DNA of 64,000 nt. Source: Antechinus flavipes (lineage: Eukaryota). Shown one piece after another: positions 9,801 through 22,544 of this stretch. The stretch lies in the NCBI RefSeq assembly GCF_016432865.1, contig NC_067400.1, positions 617,210,001 through 617,274,000 of the forward strand, given 5' to 3'. The notes below the pieces were generated by a model, which was not told the DNA's origin, ran no database searches, and saw only the letters and a list, made by a program, of their open reading frames with translations. Within the stretch, counting starts at the first letter, position 1, and each line of letters starts with the position of its first letter. The translations under genes and the position numbers were made by a program.

Positions 9801-12800
9801 GCTCCCCTGGCGGACACAGCAAGGGCCCCTCTAGGGGGAGGGGGAAGGGCCCGTGCTCCCCCAACCCTGCCCGCGGGCCTTACTTCGGGACGTGTGTACA
9901 GTGGCCAGCCGCCTGTACAGAGCCTTCTGTTTGGGGTCCGGGTGGAAGCCGCTCTTGGTGAAGTACACGTGGATGTACATGGAGCCGTTCTGCTGGACGC
10001 TCTGGAGGACAGACGGACGCAGTGACTCCCCTGCAGCGCTGGGCAGGGCCCGGCCCCTCACTGGGCAGCCTTGGCCCGGGCCGGGCCCTGCCGCCAGAGC
10101 TTCCCCACCTGACAAATGGGGCTGCTCTCGAGCCCCGGCCTCAGGGCCTTCGTGGCCACCCCAGGCCTCCCAAGGGCGGGAGCCTTCCCTGTTGGCACAA
10201 GTGCCCGCTCCTTCCTGAGTCTGGCAAAGGCCCTCGGGCACCACCCGCCCGCACCCCCTGCTCCCAGTCCCCCGGCCAGGCCAGATTCCCAGACTGAGCT
10301 GGAAGGCCCCCAGCACAGAGGTCATTGAGGCAGGACCCCCCCCCCCGGGGTCCCCGCTCCCGGGCGCAGGGATCTCGCCGACACCCCCGGCTCCCCACAG
10401 GCACATGTGCCGGCACTCAGGGCCTCTGCCTCCCGGGCCCCACTACAAGAAGCCGCTCCTCCCCCGTCCCTCCCGGAGGCTGGGGCTGTTCTCCTTTTTG
10501 TTCCTTTGCCCTTTCCTTCTCCAGTTCATTTTACAGATGAGGAAACTGAGGCAGATGGGATGAAGGGACGTGCCCAGGGTCACTCTGCTAGGAAGGGTCT
10601 GAGACTCCAGGCCCAGGATCCCCTGGTGGCCACAGGCACTGTTTTGCCCCTTGTTTCCCTGGGGCTGAGCACACAGTAGGTGCTTTGTCGGTGCTCCTGG
10701 CTGGGCCAGACCAGCCCCCCTAGAGTGCCCCCCAGGGCCAGGCCGGGTCCCTAAAGTGAAAGTCCCAGGGAGCGACCCCTCTCGGCCCCCCCAGGCCCAG
10801 GGGGAGACGCCGGGGGCGGGCGGGGTCTCACCGGCGGGATGTCCAGCTCGGCGTAGTGCTCGTAGCAGCCGTCCGCGTTCTCCCCGCTGGTCCAGTCCCC
10901 GTAGACCAGGTCCTGCTGCTCCCAGAAAAGCGCCGAGGTGGTGTTGAAGTCTGTAAAGTGCTCATGCTCGGAGATGTACACGTGCAGGTTCTGGGGGGAC
11001 AAGGGCTCCGTCTGGCTCCGAGGGCCGACCGGGGGTGGGGGTGGGGGGAGAAGTGCCCTTCCCCGGGCCCCACCCCCCGGGGGCTCAGCTGCTCCCCCCC
11101 GCCGGCCCCCCCCTCTCACCATTAAAGTGTCTTTTGGGAAGAGGTTGCGGCTGGGGACCCGGGGGGCGCCCCCCGGGCTGGTTGGGTCCTGTGGAGCCGG
11201 CCCACGACGAAACCAACAGCTGATGGCCCAGATAATGAAGATCCTGAGGGTGGGAGGGGAGAGGTAAGGGAGGCTCCCCGGGAAGCGGGCGGGGGCTGGG
11301 GGAGGGGCCCTCCCCGCCAGGCGGCACGGCCTGGCACCTCGGTGCTGTGTGACCGCAGGAGAGCCTGCAGTCTCTGGGCCCTGGGGACCCCGAAGTCAGG
11401 CCACAAAACCCCAGGGAGCCACGGGAAGTCTGAGGGCACCCGGGGCCTTGCAGAGACCCCCAGAGCCCCCCCCTCTCCTGGAAGTGTTGGCTCCCTGCGG
11501 CTGCCCCCCACGGGGCCCCAAGCGAGGCAGGACCCCCCCAGACGCGGGCTCTCCCCCCGCCCCGGTGCTGGGGCCGCCTCAGGTTCCTGGCTTCTCGCTG
11601 GGGAAGGGAGGGGGCAGATTTGGAGCTGGGAATAAGGACCAAAAAGTCGGAGCTTTAGAAAACCAGGGACTAAAGAGACTCACTTTGGGGCGGGGGGAAG
11701 GCCAGAGGGGCCGGGGGCCTCCCCAGGAGGCAGGGCGGGGACTCCCCCCCACTCTAATCCAAGGAGGGGGTCTGAGGACCTGGGTGCAAATCCTGCCTCT
11801 GACATTTCCTGGGGAGCCAAGGTCCCGTCTCTAAGGGGAGGCTCCCTACACCCCCATGAGGGACGAGTCCCGGCGGGGGGAGCACGCTGCAGGTGCGCCG
11901 GGGGAGGGGAACAGCCGGAGTCCCCCCGAGGGTCCTGGGCAGAGCCAGAAGCCCGGGGCTGGAGGCAGCCGGGAGATAAGGCAGGCCCGGCCTCAGGGAG
12001 CCCCTGGGCAGGCGATCCGGCCCGAGCACCGGCTCCCTTCTGCCCCCCCCAAACAACCCAAGAGAGTCAGGGGGGTGAGAGTCCCGGAGGGAGGGTCCCA
12101 GGCCCCTCTGATGCCCAAGGGCTCCGTCTGGCTCCGAGGGCCGACCGGGGGTGGGGGTGGGGGGAGAAGTGCCCTTCCCCGGGCCCCACCCCCCGGGGGC
12201 TCAGCTGCCCCCCCCGCCCGCCCCCCCCTCACCATTAAAGTGTCTTTTGGGAAGAGGTTGCGGCTGGGGACCCGGGGGGCGCCCCCCGGGCTGGTTGGGT
12301 CCTGTGGAGCCGGCCCACGACGAAACCAACAGCTGATGGCCCAGATAATGAAGATCCTGAGGGTGGGAGGGGAGAGGTGAGGGAGGCTCCCCAGGAAGCG
12401 TGCGGGGGCTGGGGGAGGGGCCCTCCCCGCCGGGCGGCACGGCCTGGCACCTCGGTGCTGTGTGACCGCAGGAGAGCCTGCAGTCTCTGGGCCCTGGGGA
12501 CCCCGAAGTCAGGCCACAAAACCCCAGGGAGCCACGGGAAGTCTGAGGGCACCCGGGGCCTTGCAGAGACCCCCAGAGCCCCCCCCTCTCCTGGAAGTGT
12601 TGGCTCCCTGCGGCTGCCCCCCACGGGGCCCCAAGCGAGGCAGGACCCCCCCAGACGCGGGCTCTCCCCCCGCCCCGGTGCTGGGGCCGCCTCAGGTTCC
12701 TGGCTTCTCGCTGGGGAAGGGAGGGGGCAGATTTGGAGCTGGGAATAAGGACCAAAAAGTCGGAGCTTTAGAAAACCAGGGACTAAAGAGACTCACTTTG

Positions 12801-15800
12801 GGGCGGGGGGAAGGCCAGAGGGGCCGGGGGCCTCCCCAGGAGGCAGGGCGGGGACTCCCCCCCACTCTAATCCAAGGAGGGGGTCTGAGGACCTGGGTGC
12901 AAATCCTGCCTCTGACATTTCCTGGGGAGCCAAGGTCCCGTCTCTAAGGGGAGGCTCCCTACACCCCCATGAGGGACGAGTCCCGGCGGGGGGAGCACGC
13001 TGCAGGTGCGCCGGGGGAGGGGAACAGCCGGAGTCCCCCCGAGGGTCCTGGGCAGAGCCAGAAGCCCGGGGCTGGAGGCAGCCGGGAGATAAGGCAGGCC
13101 CGGCCTCAGGGAGCCCCTGGGCAGGCGATCCGGCCCGAGCACCGGCTCCCTTCTGCCCCCCCCAAACAACCCAAGAGAGTCAGGGGGGTGAGAGTCCCGG
13201 AGGGAGGGTCCCAGGCCCCTCTGATGCCCAATGGCCCCGACCCTGCCCCCCAGATCAGGGCTCCCCTTGGTGGGGAGGGGACACCCAGCTGGGCCCTCAC
13301 CACTCGCTGCCTTCCCAAGCTGGCGTCCATGCCCCTGGCCTCTGACCCTCCCTCGGGCCGTCTCCGCCCATGCTTCCAGAACCTTAGCCCCACAAGGTCA
13401 GAGGTCAGAGTGGTCAGCACGGCTGCCCACTCCCCTCCAGGCCCGTGCTCCCCTCCTTCCTCCCAAGCGTCTGAGACCCCCCCATGTCTTCCTTCCTCCG
13501 AGGCCCTGATGCTTCCTCCTCCTTAGCCAACCCCCCCCAAGCAAGTGGGATCTCTGGGCCCTCCCACGGCCCCCGGCATTGCCCCCCGCCTCATCCCCGC
13601 CTGTGCCCTTTGCCCCCTGGCGGTCCCACAGGCCCCTCTCTTCTCTGGACTATCACAGCCCCCCCCCCCCCCCCCCCCGCTGTCTGGCCTAGGTCTGACG
13701 TCACCTCCCACGTAGCCCCACGGAAGCTCCCGGAGCCAGCAGGGGGCTCCACAGGCTGCCCCCCTGAGGACCCTCACCGGTTACTGACCGAACCGGACAA
13801 GTGAGAACACCCCAGGAAGGCAGACGGAACGAGGGCGCCCCCCGGCAAACTCTCAGGGGGGGGGGGGGGGCCGGGGGCAGGCCCGAGGAGGAGGCGGCTG
13901 GGGCTCCGCTCCTCGGGCCTCTCCCGGACTGGGCGAGTCCTTTCTGAACCTCCGTGGCCTGGGCCTGCCTCCGCCCTGAGGGAGCCCGGCTCCGGCTGTT
14001 TCCAAGGTCTCCGGGACCCTGGGGCTGGGACCCCCGTGACGCCCTTGCTGGGGCAGCCAGCAGGTGGCAGTGTCCGAGGCTGGGCCTCCGCGGGAAGGAG
14101 CCCGCCACAGCGCTGACCACAGGGGGGCGCCTCGGGAGCAGGCTCTGAGCCGCTCCATCTCCCCCCAGCCTGTCCCGGGGGGTCGAGGCCATTCCCTCCT
14201 CTCCACCACAGCCACCCCTTGTGGAAAAGGCCCTGCCAGACAGCGGCTCCCGCGGGGCCCAAACCCTGCACCACGGGGCAGAGCAGCTGTTCCCGAGACC
14301 CCTTCTGCTCCACACTGGTGACACCCCCGCCCTCCCAGCTCCCACCCCCAGGATGGGGAAGATCCACCCGAGGCAGGTTCTGGCTCCTCCCACCCACAGG
14401 CCGGCCCTGACCCAAGCCCTCGCCCCCTGCCCGGACCCAGACCCGGGGGCCTGACTTTCAGCCTCCAGTGAATCAAGCGCTTCCTCCCCGCTCTAGGAGC
14501 TTATTCCAAGAAGGGCCCACGGCACAAAACGGAGAGAAGCCTCTGCTCCGGCCCCTGCCTTCGATGCAGCTGCAGGCGCAGCCTCCCCCCGGCCTGTTCC
14601 CTTCCAACTGCAGAACCCCCCACCTCCTGTCCCCCCGAGGCTCCCCCTCCTGCCCGTCTCTCCCGGGGGGCCCACGCCGGGCCCGCCCTCTCTCCCTGCC
14701 TCCCCAGGGAACCAGCTTTCCTCAGGCCTGGGCCCCGGGGGCCTCTGGGAGAAGCCCTTCTGAGATGGCCCGGCCAGCTTCCCCCCCACCTGGGCCCGCA
14801 CAGAGCAGGCCCCGTAGCCAAGGAAACTGCGAGGGCCACGATGGGGACGAGACACTAAAGCTGCTGAGCCCGCCCGGGCCGCCCTGATCCAGGCCGAGCC
14901 CCCGGAGCAACGCCCTGTCCGGCCCAGCCGCGCACGGGGAGGGACGCCGAGGGGCCCGGGCGCTGCGGGAGCCCGGTGGGGGTGGGGGGGAGGGGGTCCC
15001 TTACCTGAACAACACACCTTTGATGACCTGCCAGGCGTTGGGGGCGGCCTGCGGGGCCCGGTTCTGTTGCTGAGTCTCTGTGGGCGTTTCTCCTCCAACG
15101 CTGCCATTGCTGGTTACCTGGGAGCCGGGATGGAAACGCGGGGGTCAGGAAGGGGCCCCGCTCCAGGGCAGCCTTGGGGACCTGCCACATTCCCGGGGGA
15201 GACGTGAGGAAGCTCCAGCCCGCACGGGTCAGCGCGGTCTCCGGGACCAGCTCCCTGCCTGCTCTGCCTCAGCCCCTCCGGACCCCCCACGGCCGCCACG
15301 TCTGGTCTTCGAGCACCCTCCCCACTCCCGAGGGCTAGAGCCCACACCACCATCTGCCTGGCGCAGTCAAGGAAACCGAGGCTCCAGGAGGGGCCTCCCC
15401 CAGAGCCCTCTCCCAACCCTTTGTTCCCAGTGCCATCAGGCCCCGGGAAAAGTCTCCCAAGCCGGCCCTGGGACAATCAATCACGGCCTCCGGACAGAAA
15501 GGGCCATTTCCCACCCTTGCGGGCACAGGAAAGGCTGGAAGGCGGAAGACCTCCCCCTGGCCAGGTGACCCGGCCACCCCCCCTCGGGGTCTCAGGCTTG
15601 CAGGACCAGGCTCCCACCCTCATTTGACAGATGGGGAAACTGAGGCCCAGGGCAGGGAAGGGCTTCACCAGCCGCGGCCCCGGAGGCCTGGCAGCCAGGG
15701 ACGTGCTGGTGACCTTGGCAGAGCCCTTGAGGCTCCCTGGGCCTCGCTTTCCCCAGCTTCCCCAGAGGCCGGGGGGGCCTCGGAACCGAGCCCCGCTGCT

Positions 15801-17990
15801 GGGGCTCCTGGGGAGAGCTCGGCCACCTGCCTCTGCCCTGCGCCCGGGGGCCACCTCCCAGGGGAGGCAAGCGACACTCTCAAGGTCACCCCGCCCTGAC
15901 AAGAGCGAGGGCCTTCCCAGGCGGGGGTGGGGCGGGGGGCAGGCGCTCGGCCGGGGTCCCTGCTGACAGACAGACCAGCCAGAGCCTGGGACGGAAGCGA
16001 CCTCCCGACCCTCTCCTGCTCCTCAAAAAACGGCTTAAAAACAAGTTTCCAAAGCCACTCTTCCAGAAGAAAACCTTTCCCACGTGGGAGCACTCTGAGG
16101 GCGGGCGTTCCCCTGCGGCCCAGCCGGGCCCCCCAGCTTCTCTGGCCCGGCCCCCTCCTGACCCACCCTGCAGCTGCCAGTCCTGCCTTCTGCTCCCATG
16201 ATGCTCTGTCACTTCTGGCCCCGAGGGAAGGGCCCGGTCTCGGGCAGGGCAGCCACCCCTCCCTGAAGCCCCCAGCCCCGGCCCCTGAGGGAGGCCAGGA
16301 AAGGGCAGTGACCCACAGGGGCCGGACCCCACACCTGCACCCTCAGATTTTGCAGCCACTGCTCTGGCCCCCGCAGGAGGAGGGGACCCGGACTCGGGCC
16401 CTCCGACTCCCCTGAGGCCTTGGGCAGTCAGTTTCCCTGTGGGGCAGGGGGGCGCCCCCTGGTGGGTGACCTTGGGTGAGCCCCCCACTGGCCTGGAGAC
16501 CAACCCCTCCCCCGCCTCCCCCCAGCCCCAGGGGGCCCAGCGCCTCACCCCCCTCCCGCCCCAGGGCCACCCTCTGGCCTAGGCCTCCCTGTCGGGGCAG
16601 CTTCCAAGGCACAGGGTGGGCGGGCAGGACGGGCGGGCAGCTGCCTGGGCCACCCGAGGGTCCTGACCAGCCGGATGCGGGCGGGCCCCGGGCCCCACCT
16701 TGTGCCCTGCTTCAGGAAGCTGCCCCGGCTCATCAGGGTCCCCAAGATTCTGGTGCCATCCGTCAGCCTGGGGCCGAGGGAGCCAGAGCGCGCCGGCTGC
16801 CCACATGCCCCCTTAGCCTGGGAGACACCCCTCGCCCTGGGGGGGCTTCCCCACTCCCCGCCCCCACAACCAAGCTGGCCTGGCAAACCCACAGAACCTG
16901 GAATTAGTTACTGCAGCTGTGGATGGCAAGCGCGTTCCTCCCTCCGGACCTCAGTTTCCCCCCGTAAATCGGGGGCGCCCTGCAGTCCTAAATGCTGGCT
17001 CTGAAGGCCCGCAGGGCCGAGACCCTGGGGCAGGGAGGGGGGGGGAAGGGAAGGGCCCCTCCTCCCAGCCTTCAAAATAGGGAGAGGGCAGAAGGGGCAG
17101 CCACAGGCCTGTGTCCCTGCCGGGGGGGGCACAGAGGGTCGGGCCGGGAAAGCAGCCAGTGGCCAGGGGGTCTGGGGGCACAGCCAGGGCAGACGGGAAG
17201 GGAAGCCTCAGGAGGGAGGGCAAGGCCCTGATGGAGGAGCCCGGGGAGCCCAAAGCCCGGCCTTTGGACGGAGTCACCCCGAGCCGGGCCTGCTGGGAGG
17301 CCCCTGTCTGCCTCAGTTTCTCTGCCTGTGACTTAGGGCTAAGGACACGTGTATGACTGGTGCCTGTCCGTCCGCCCTCGGAGCCATCTTCCCCGCCACG
17401 CTCCCACCCCGGCCGCCACCGCACAGTGGAGCAGAAGCGAGACCGACCCCTTGAGAACGAGGGGGGGGGGATCGAGGGGCTTCCGTGGGTCCGAGCTTTG
17501 ACAGACACGAGGAGGGGGGGATTTCTAGAACCCCCCACCCCCCAGTGGGCGGCACACCTAGGGGAGGAGGGGGACACGAGGCGGGCGGGGGCGAAGGACA
17601 CCTCTGGGAGACCCTCGCCCTCTGGGAGCGGTGGGGGGCAAAAAACCCTCGAGCGAAGAGACCCGGGCCGGGAACAGGTGGGAGCCGCAGACGCTGGGGG
17701 AGGGGCCCACGGCGCAGCGAGGGGCGGGGGCGCGCCCCGGAGGGGGCAGGATGGGGGTCGGGGGGCCGCCGGGAGGCGTCGCGGGGCTCGGGCCCGGCGC
17801 GGGAAGGGCCCCGCCGGGGAGGCCGCGCTGCGCCGCCCCGGGTCTGGCCGCACCAAGCTGCTGGCGGAGCCACCGGCTTTCCCCCCCACCCGACAGCCTG
17901 TCCGCCTACCTGCCCGGAACCGCCTCCGGTCACCGTCGCCGCAGCCGCCACTTCGCTTGGGCTCCCGTCTGCCTCCTGCGCAGCCGCCAT
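3862..17990 (-). CDS. CLPTM1: CLPTM1 multi-pass ER membrane protein (putative lipid scramblase family), 14 coding exons, 644 aa
   Basis: Exons: 17990-17910, 15117-15005, [12356-12233 or 11243-11120], 10990-10832, 10001-9884, 9468-9383, 7648-7528, 7278-7034, 6744-6651, 6168-5978, 5661-5566, 5290-5155, 4575-4408, 4064-3862. Sum 1935 nt, intact frame with one exon-3 copy. Starts MAAAQEADG, ends KPAEDKKKD (dilysine ER motif). Internal exon sizes match human as recalled. Confidence 0.96.
8510..8955. repeat. 43-bp minisatellite (10 copies plus a partial) in CLPTM1 intron 6
   Basis: Unit GACTGACAGCTGTCCCGAGCGCCCCCTCCCCCCCACTGCCTGT; cores start at 8553, 8596, 8639, 8682, 8725, 8768, 8811, 8854, 8897, 8940. 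Confidence 0.95.
11000..13231. repeat. Head-to-tail ~1.11-kb tandem duplication containing CLPTM1 exon 3
   Basis: Copy A 11000-12115 and copy B 12116-13228; exons 11120-11243 and 12233-12356 are identical; CAA is shared at all three borders. Confidence 0.95.
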
Positions 17991-18950
17991 CTTCCTGCTC
18001 CGTGTCCCCGCCCCCCCAACAGGCCCCTCCCCGTCGCTCGCGATCTCGCGAGAACTGTCCGGGACTGCCGGCACCCGTAGTCCTACGGGCCACCGTATCG
18101 CTCAGAGTCCCACCACCTGGCCCGAATGCGTTCTCTTCCGAGGCCGCTCTCCAGTACCAAGGGCCTAAGGCCGCTGTCGACTACCACCCGGATTTCCCGT
18201 TGTCAGGCGTCTTTGCACGGACCCCTCATTTCCGAGACGCGGTCTTCTCTTGTACAGCCAGCGACCCCCTGCCCTACCCGGCCACCGTCCCTAGACCCCT
18301 CTCGGCCACGCCCCCGACTGTTGTCAGTCGCGCTCCTGCGCCTCATTCCCCGCCCCCAGGGAAGGGGGCAGATCTTTTCCCGGGCCCCAACCCCTAACCT
18401 GCCCATTCGCCACACCCCCGCTCCCTTCCTGCGACAGCCACGGCCCACCCTCCCGACGTCCAGGTCCCTCCTCAGCCACCGTCTGACGTGCCTTGGGCTA
18501 CGCCCCCGGAGGCCGATGGTTCCTCTCTCCTTTCCCCGCGACGCTTAGTCCCTTCGCGGCCACCTTCGAATCCCTTTTGGCCACGCCCCCATCTGATACG
18601 ACTAGCGATGTGTGCGCAGTTCCTTCCCGGCCGCCGTACCAAGCTCTATTCGCCGCAGCGATCCGCAAATTTATCTCACGTATTACATTTTCCTCCTTTC
18701 CCCTCTTCCCTCTGCCCTTCCCCACGTCCCGACCACCTTCCGCTCCTTCTCCCACCGGTCCTCGGGAAGCGCAGAGTCCCCACTCCCCTCGCCTGGCCAC
18801 TATCCAGGGCCGCCCGCCCGGATTTTCCTCCGTGTCCCTGAGAGAGGATGATTGGTCATCCTCCTCTCGGGCGATCCTGGCCGCCTTCTTGGAGGAAGCG
18901 GCCTTTCTCTCGTTCTAATTCCGCGTGAAGCGCTCCGAATGCTCTAGTGT
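17400..18950 (-). promoter_or_regulatory. CLPTM1 CpG-island promoter
   Basis: CpG-rich tract over exon 1. YY1-type AAGATGGCGGC overlaps the ATG (17983-17993, minus); TCTCGCGAGA palindrome (BANP/ZBTB33-type) at 18044-18053. Confidence 0.7.
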
Positions 18951-19984
18951 TGAGTGACGAGGAGCCTTCACAGCAGGGGCGGAGAGGGTGAGACGAGTTA
19001 ATTGTATTCACCTCAAACCAGCTCATGTTACACTCCAGGAGGGGCTCCCCGGACATCCAGTCCCGTGAATAGAGATAGCCCCGGGACAGACAGGGATATT
19101 CCGGTCCCTTCTCCCCACTTCTTAAACGGGTTCCCTGCTCTCCCCCTCCCCCGGGAGGTGCAGCCGTTCCGACCCCTTGGGGCTAAAATCCCGTTACTCT
19201 AAATGGGGGGATCTCGAAAAAGAAGCAGGAGATCGAGATCCCCAAAATAAATTAAGAATGAAGGGCGTGAGCCTGGCCCCCTGCCTGGCGATGGTGGCGT
19301 TGAAGGCTGGCACCCACGCTCCCTCGCCGCTCTGGTTTGTTCATGTTGGGTTTCCCGCCCACCTTGGGGATCTCTCGGCAAAGATGCTGGAGGAATTTTC
19401 CATTTCGTTCTCCAGCTCGTTTTTCAAATGAGGAAACCGAGGCAAACACGGTAAAGTGACTTGTTGGAGTCATCCAGCCAATGAAGTATCCGATCCTCAG
19501 CCCGGGATTCTATCCACTGCCCCCCACTGCCCTCGAGCTGTTCTGGGATAGACCTGCCAAGGCTAAAAGGACTTCCCATAGTGCCCCGATCTGCAAAGCC
19601 CCACCAGCTTTAACTGGCGGGGAGTGTGTGTGTGTGTTGGGGGGGGGGGGGAGAACAATCCTTTAGAAACCTAATTTTGCCGTTTTGTGTTTGGGGGGAC
19701 TTCCAAACGTTTCCTTCCAAGTGAGATTTTAAATCTTTAACCTTTCCAACATTACAAGAATCCCCCCCCCCCCCCCCGCCCAGTTTAAAATCTGCTGTTT
19801 GCATAAGTGAGCAAGGATAGGTTAGTCCTTTAGAAGCTACGAATCCACTTTCCTAGCATCTTCCTCCTGGTTAATTATGAGTCTTTCCCTTGTTAATTGC
19901 TAAAACCCCTTTCCTTTCTAACTTCTCTTGGAATTGAGCTCGCTCTCTGCAGCGTTAATAAAACCTATGAACACTACATAGATT

Positions 19985-20290
19985 CCCAATCCCTCTATTT
20001 TTGTCCACCTGCATTTTGGATTTCCTTCACAGGCTAATAGTACACTATTTCAAAGTCCCATTATTTTTATACAGCAAAATAACTGTTTGGTCATGTATAC
20101 TTATCTTATATTTAACTTATACTTTAACATATTTAACATGTGTTGGTCAACCTGCCATCTAGGGGAGGGGGTGGGGGGAAGGAGGGGAAAAGTTGGAACA
20201 AAAGGTTTGGCCATCGTCAATGCTGTAAAATTACCCATGCATATGACTTGTCAATAAAAAACTATAATTACAATAAATCAAATCAAATCA
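19985..20290 (+). mobile_element. LINE-1 3' end fragment (marsupial type)
   Basis: 3' UTR pattern CTGCCATCTAGGGGAGGGGGTGGGGGGAAGGAGGGGAAAAG...AATGCTGTAAAATTACCCATGCATA...AATAAAAA, related to other copies in the window. Confidence 0.6.
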
Positions 20291-21629
20291 AATCTTTGCC
20301 CCTTGATTTGGAGGCTGCCTCTGAATCTGCAAATTCTTTTTGCAACAGCAGCTCATGATCCCAATATACTTTGGGGATATCACCCTGTACTCCCTCATTT
20401 TGGTGTGGGGAGAGTCTGATTGCGGCCCATAACCTCAACAGGACTTTGCTGTTAATCTGTAGAATATTGAAATCAGAACCGTCTTTGTTGTGATTTGGAG
20501 AAGAGAGTGCCACTGTGAGCACTAATCATGTGCGTGTTGCCCCCCACACACACACCACTGAGAGAAAGACGATTTTTTGGAGAAGGCTGGCAATCTTTAT
20601 CCCATACCTTGATTGGAACTTAATGATGTCATTGCTAATCTTACTGAGGCCTTAGAGAACTCATCAGGCATCGCTCCTAGTCCCTGAAAGACCTCCAAAT
20701 GTCCCTTGACTTCTGGGCCAGTGTAATCTTAGAAAACCACATTGTCTTGGATTGTCTGTACCCCCATCAAGTTCTCTGTGGCCTGGGGATGCTCCTTTTG
20801 AGAATTCTGAGTCTCCTTTCCTCCCTATGGAACACGGAGGTAGGAGTGACTTAAGGGAGAATTCCAGTGTCCCCTAAGTACCAGAGAAAACTTGGCAGTA
20901 CTAGGCCCCTGTGCCCAGCAAATTCCCTTTGGATGAAGGGTGATCCGTTTGGGAACTTTTGTTGAGTCCCTGTGCTCATGAGAAAATTCTTTGAGCTTAC
21001 CGGATAATACCATGGGATTTGCAACTGGACTGCCTTTTGCAGAATTGGAAAAGCTTGGTCTCCAGGACCTAAAAAGTCAGTGTGAGACTTCCAGGAAGGA
21101 GTGACTGAAGTATTTTCCCCCTTTGGTAGGCTTTTAACTTGAAGCTTTATGCTGATAAAGATCTAGAGCAAGCAGCCGACAGATAGCAAGAACTGATGAG
21201 GAAAAACAAAGAGTTTTTGGTTTTGTTAAAGCTGTTTTTTACTGAATAAAGGTGAAAATGGCAAAACAGCTCTCTTGATTTGTAGGTAATTGAGTGTTAA
21301 TTCTCTCTAGGTTCTAAAAGACAAAGGATCCTTTTATTTCAGTGGAGCCCATGAGAAAAAAATGGACAGGATTACGGGGGCTGGGACTGATTCTATCACT
21401 TGGTTACTCCTATCCACTTGAACTCTTAGAGCAGTGGTTCTTAAAGTATGGTCTAGAGAATCCTGGGGGTCTCTGAAACCCTTTTAGAGAGTCTACAAAT
21501 TCAAAAATAATTTTTATTTCCAATATGGTAAATGTCTAGAAATATAATCCAGATAAATAAAAACGCTTTGGAGAGATCCTCAATCATTTTTAATAGGATA
21601 AAGATACTGAAAACAAAAGTTTGAGAACC

Positions 21630-21900
21630 ACTGTCTTAAAGGAAAAGAATCCCTTCTAGAATTTGCCAGCTGGGTCACTCAGCTTCCCCTAAAGACCTTC
21701 CCAAGGAAGGAGAACCTGCTGCCTGTCAAAGGAGCTCATTCCACTTTGGACAACTAATTATCAGGAGGGTTATACTGCTATCAAGCATCAGTCTGTCTCA
21801 GTAACTTCTGACTTGCTTCTAGTTCTGTCTTCTGGGACCAAATAGAAAAGAACGGTCCCCTCTTCATGATTAGCCTTCCAATATTCTAACACAGCCATCA
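21630..21900. mobile_element. Degenerate CR1/L3-like fragment
   Basis: Resembles the element at 62930-63590 (GAGCTCATTCCACTTTGGACAACTAATTATCAGGA / GCAGCTCTAATTGTCAACAAG). Family assigned from memory. Confidence 0.35.
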
Positions 21901-21919
21901 TTCCCTCTCCCTGATTCTT

Positions 21920-22300
21920 TTATTTTCTTGTAATAGTATATTATTTCCCCCCAATTATGTGTAAAGATGGTTTTCAACATTTATTTTTGTAATATTTTGA
22001 TTTCCTAATTTTTTTCCTCCCTTATCTCACCCCTCCCCACACTGGCAAGCAATCTGATATATGTTATCTATGTACATTCATTTTTAATATATTTCCATAT
22101 GAGTCATAGTGGGAAAGAACATGAGGGAACAAAAGAGAAAAAAAATGAGAAAGAAAAAAAAAGGGGGGGGGGAGAATAGTACTTTGATCAGCATTCAGTC
22201 TCAACTATGGATGATATTTTCCATCCAAAGTTTATCAGAATTGCGTTGGATCACTGAATTGCTGAGAAGAGCTAAGCTTATCAGAGCTGACTCCTGATTC
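21920..22300 (-). mobile_element. Older LINE-1 3' end fragment
   Basis: Shares TTTTCCATCCAAAG...TTGGATCACTGAA...CTGAGAAGA with the copy at 63595-63870. Confidence 0.5.
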
Positions 22301-22544
22301 TTTTCTAAAGACTAAATCAAACCGTTTCCCCCAAATGATCCCCCTCTCACATGGGCTAAAGGCCTTGGACTCCACACCTTCACCCCAGCTCATCAGCAGC
22401 CTTAGTCTGTGGGATCAATGACATCCAGTGAGGTGTGATGAGAGTAGTGAGCTATCAGTCCTTTTCCTAGAAGCCATGCTCTTTCATAGATCCCAAATCT
22501 TATCCCTTATCCTACTCCTTTTTTTCTAAAACTCCCAGATCTTT

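Noticed and set aside
18850-18995. Possible divergent or alternative first exon upstream of CLPTM1 (CCAAT 18851, YY1-like GCCGCCTTCTT, plus-strand donor 18988)
   Set aside because: Isolated, imperfect motifs with conflicting orientation; no partner exon found.
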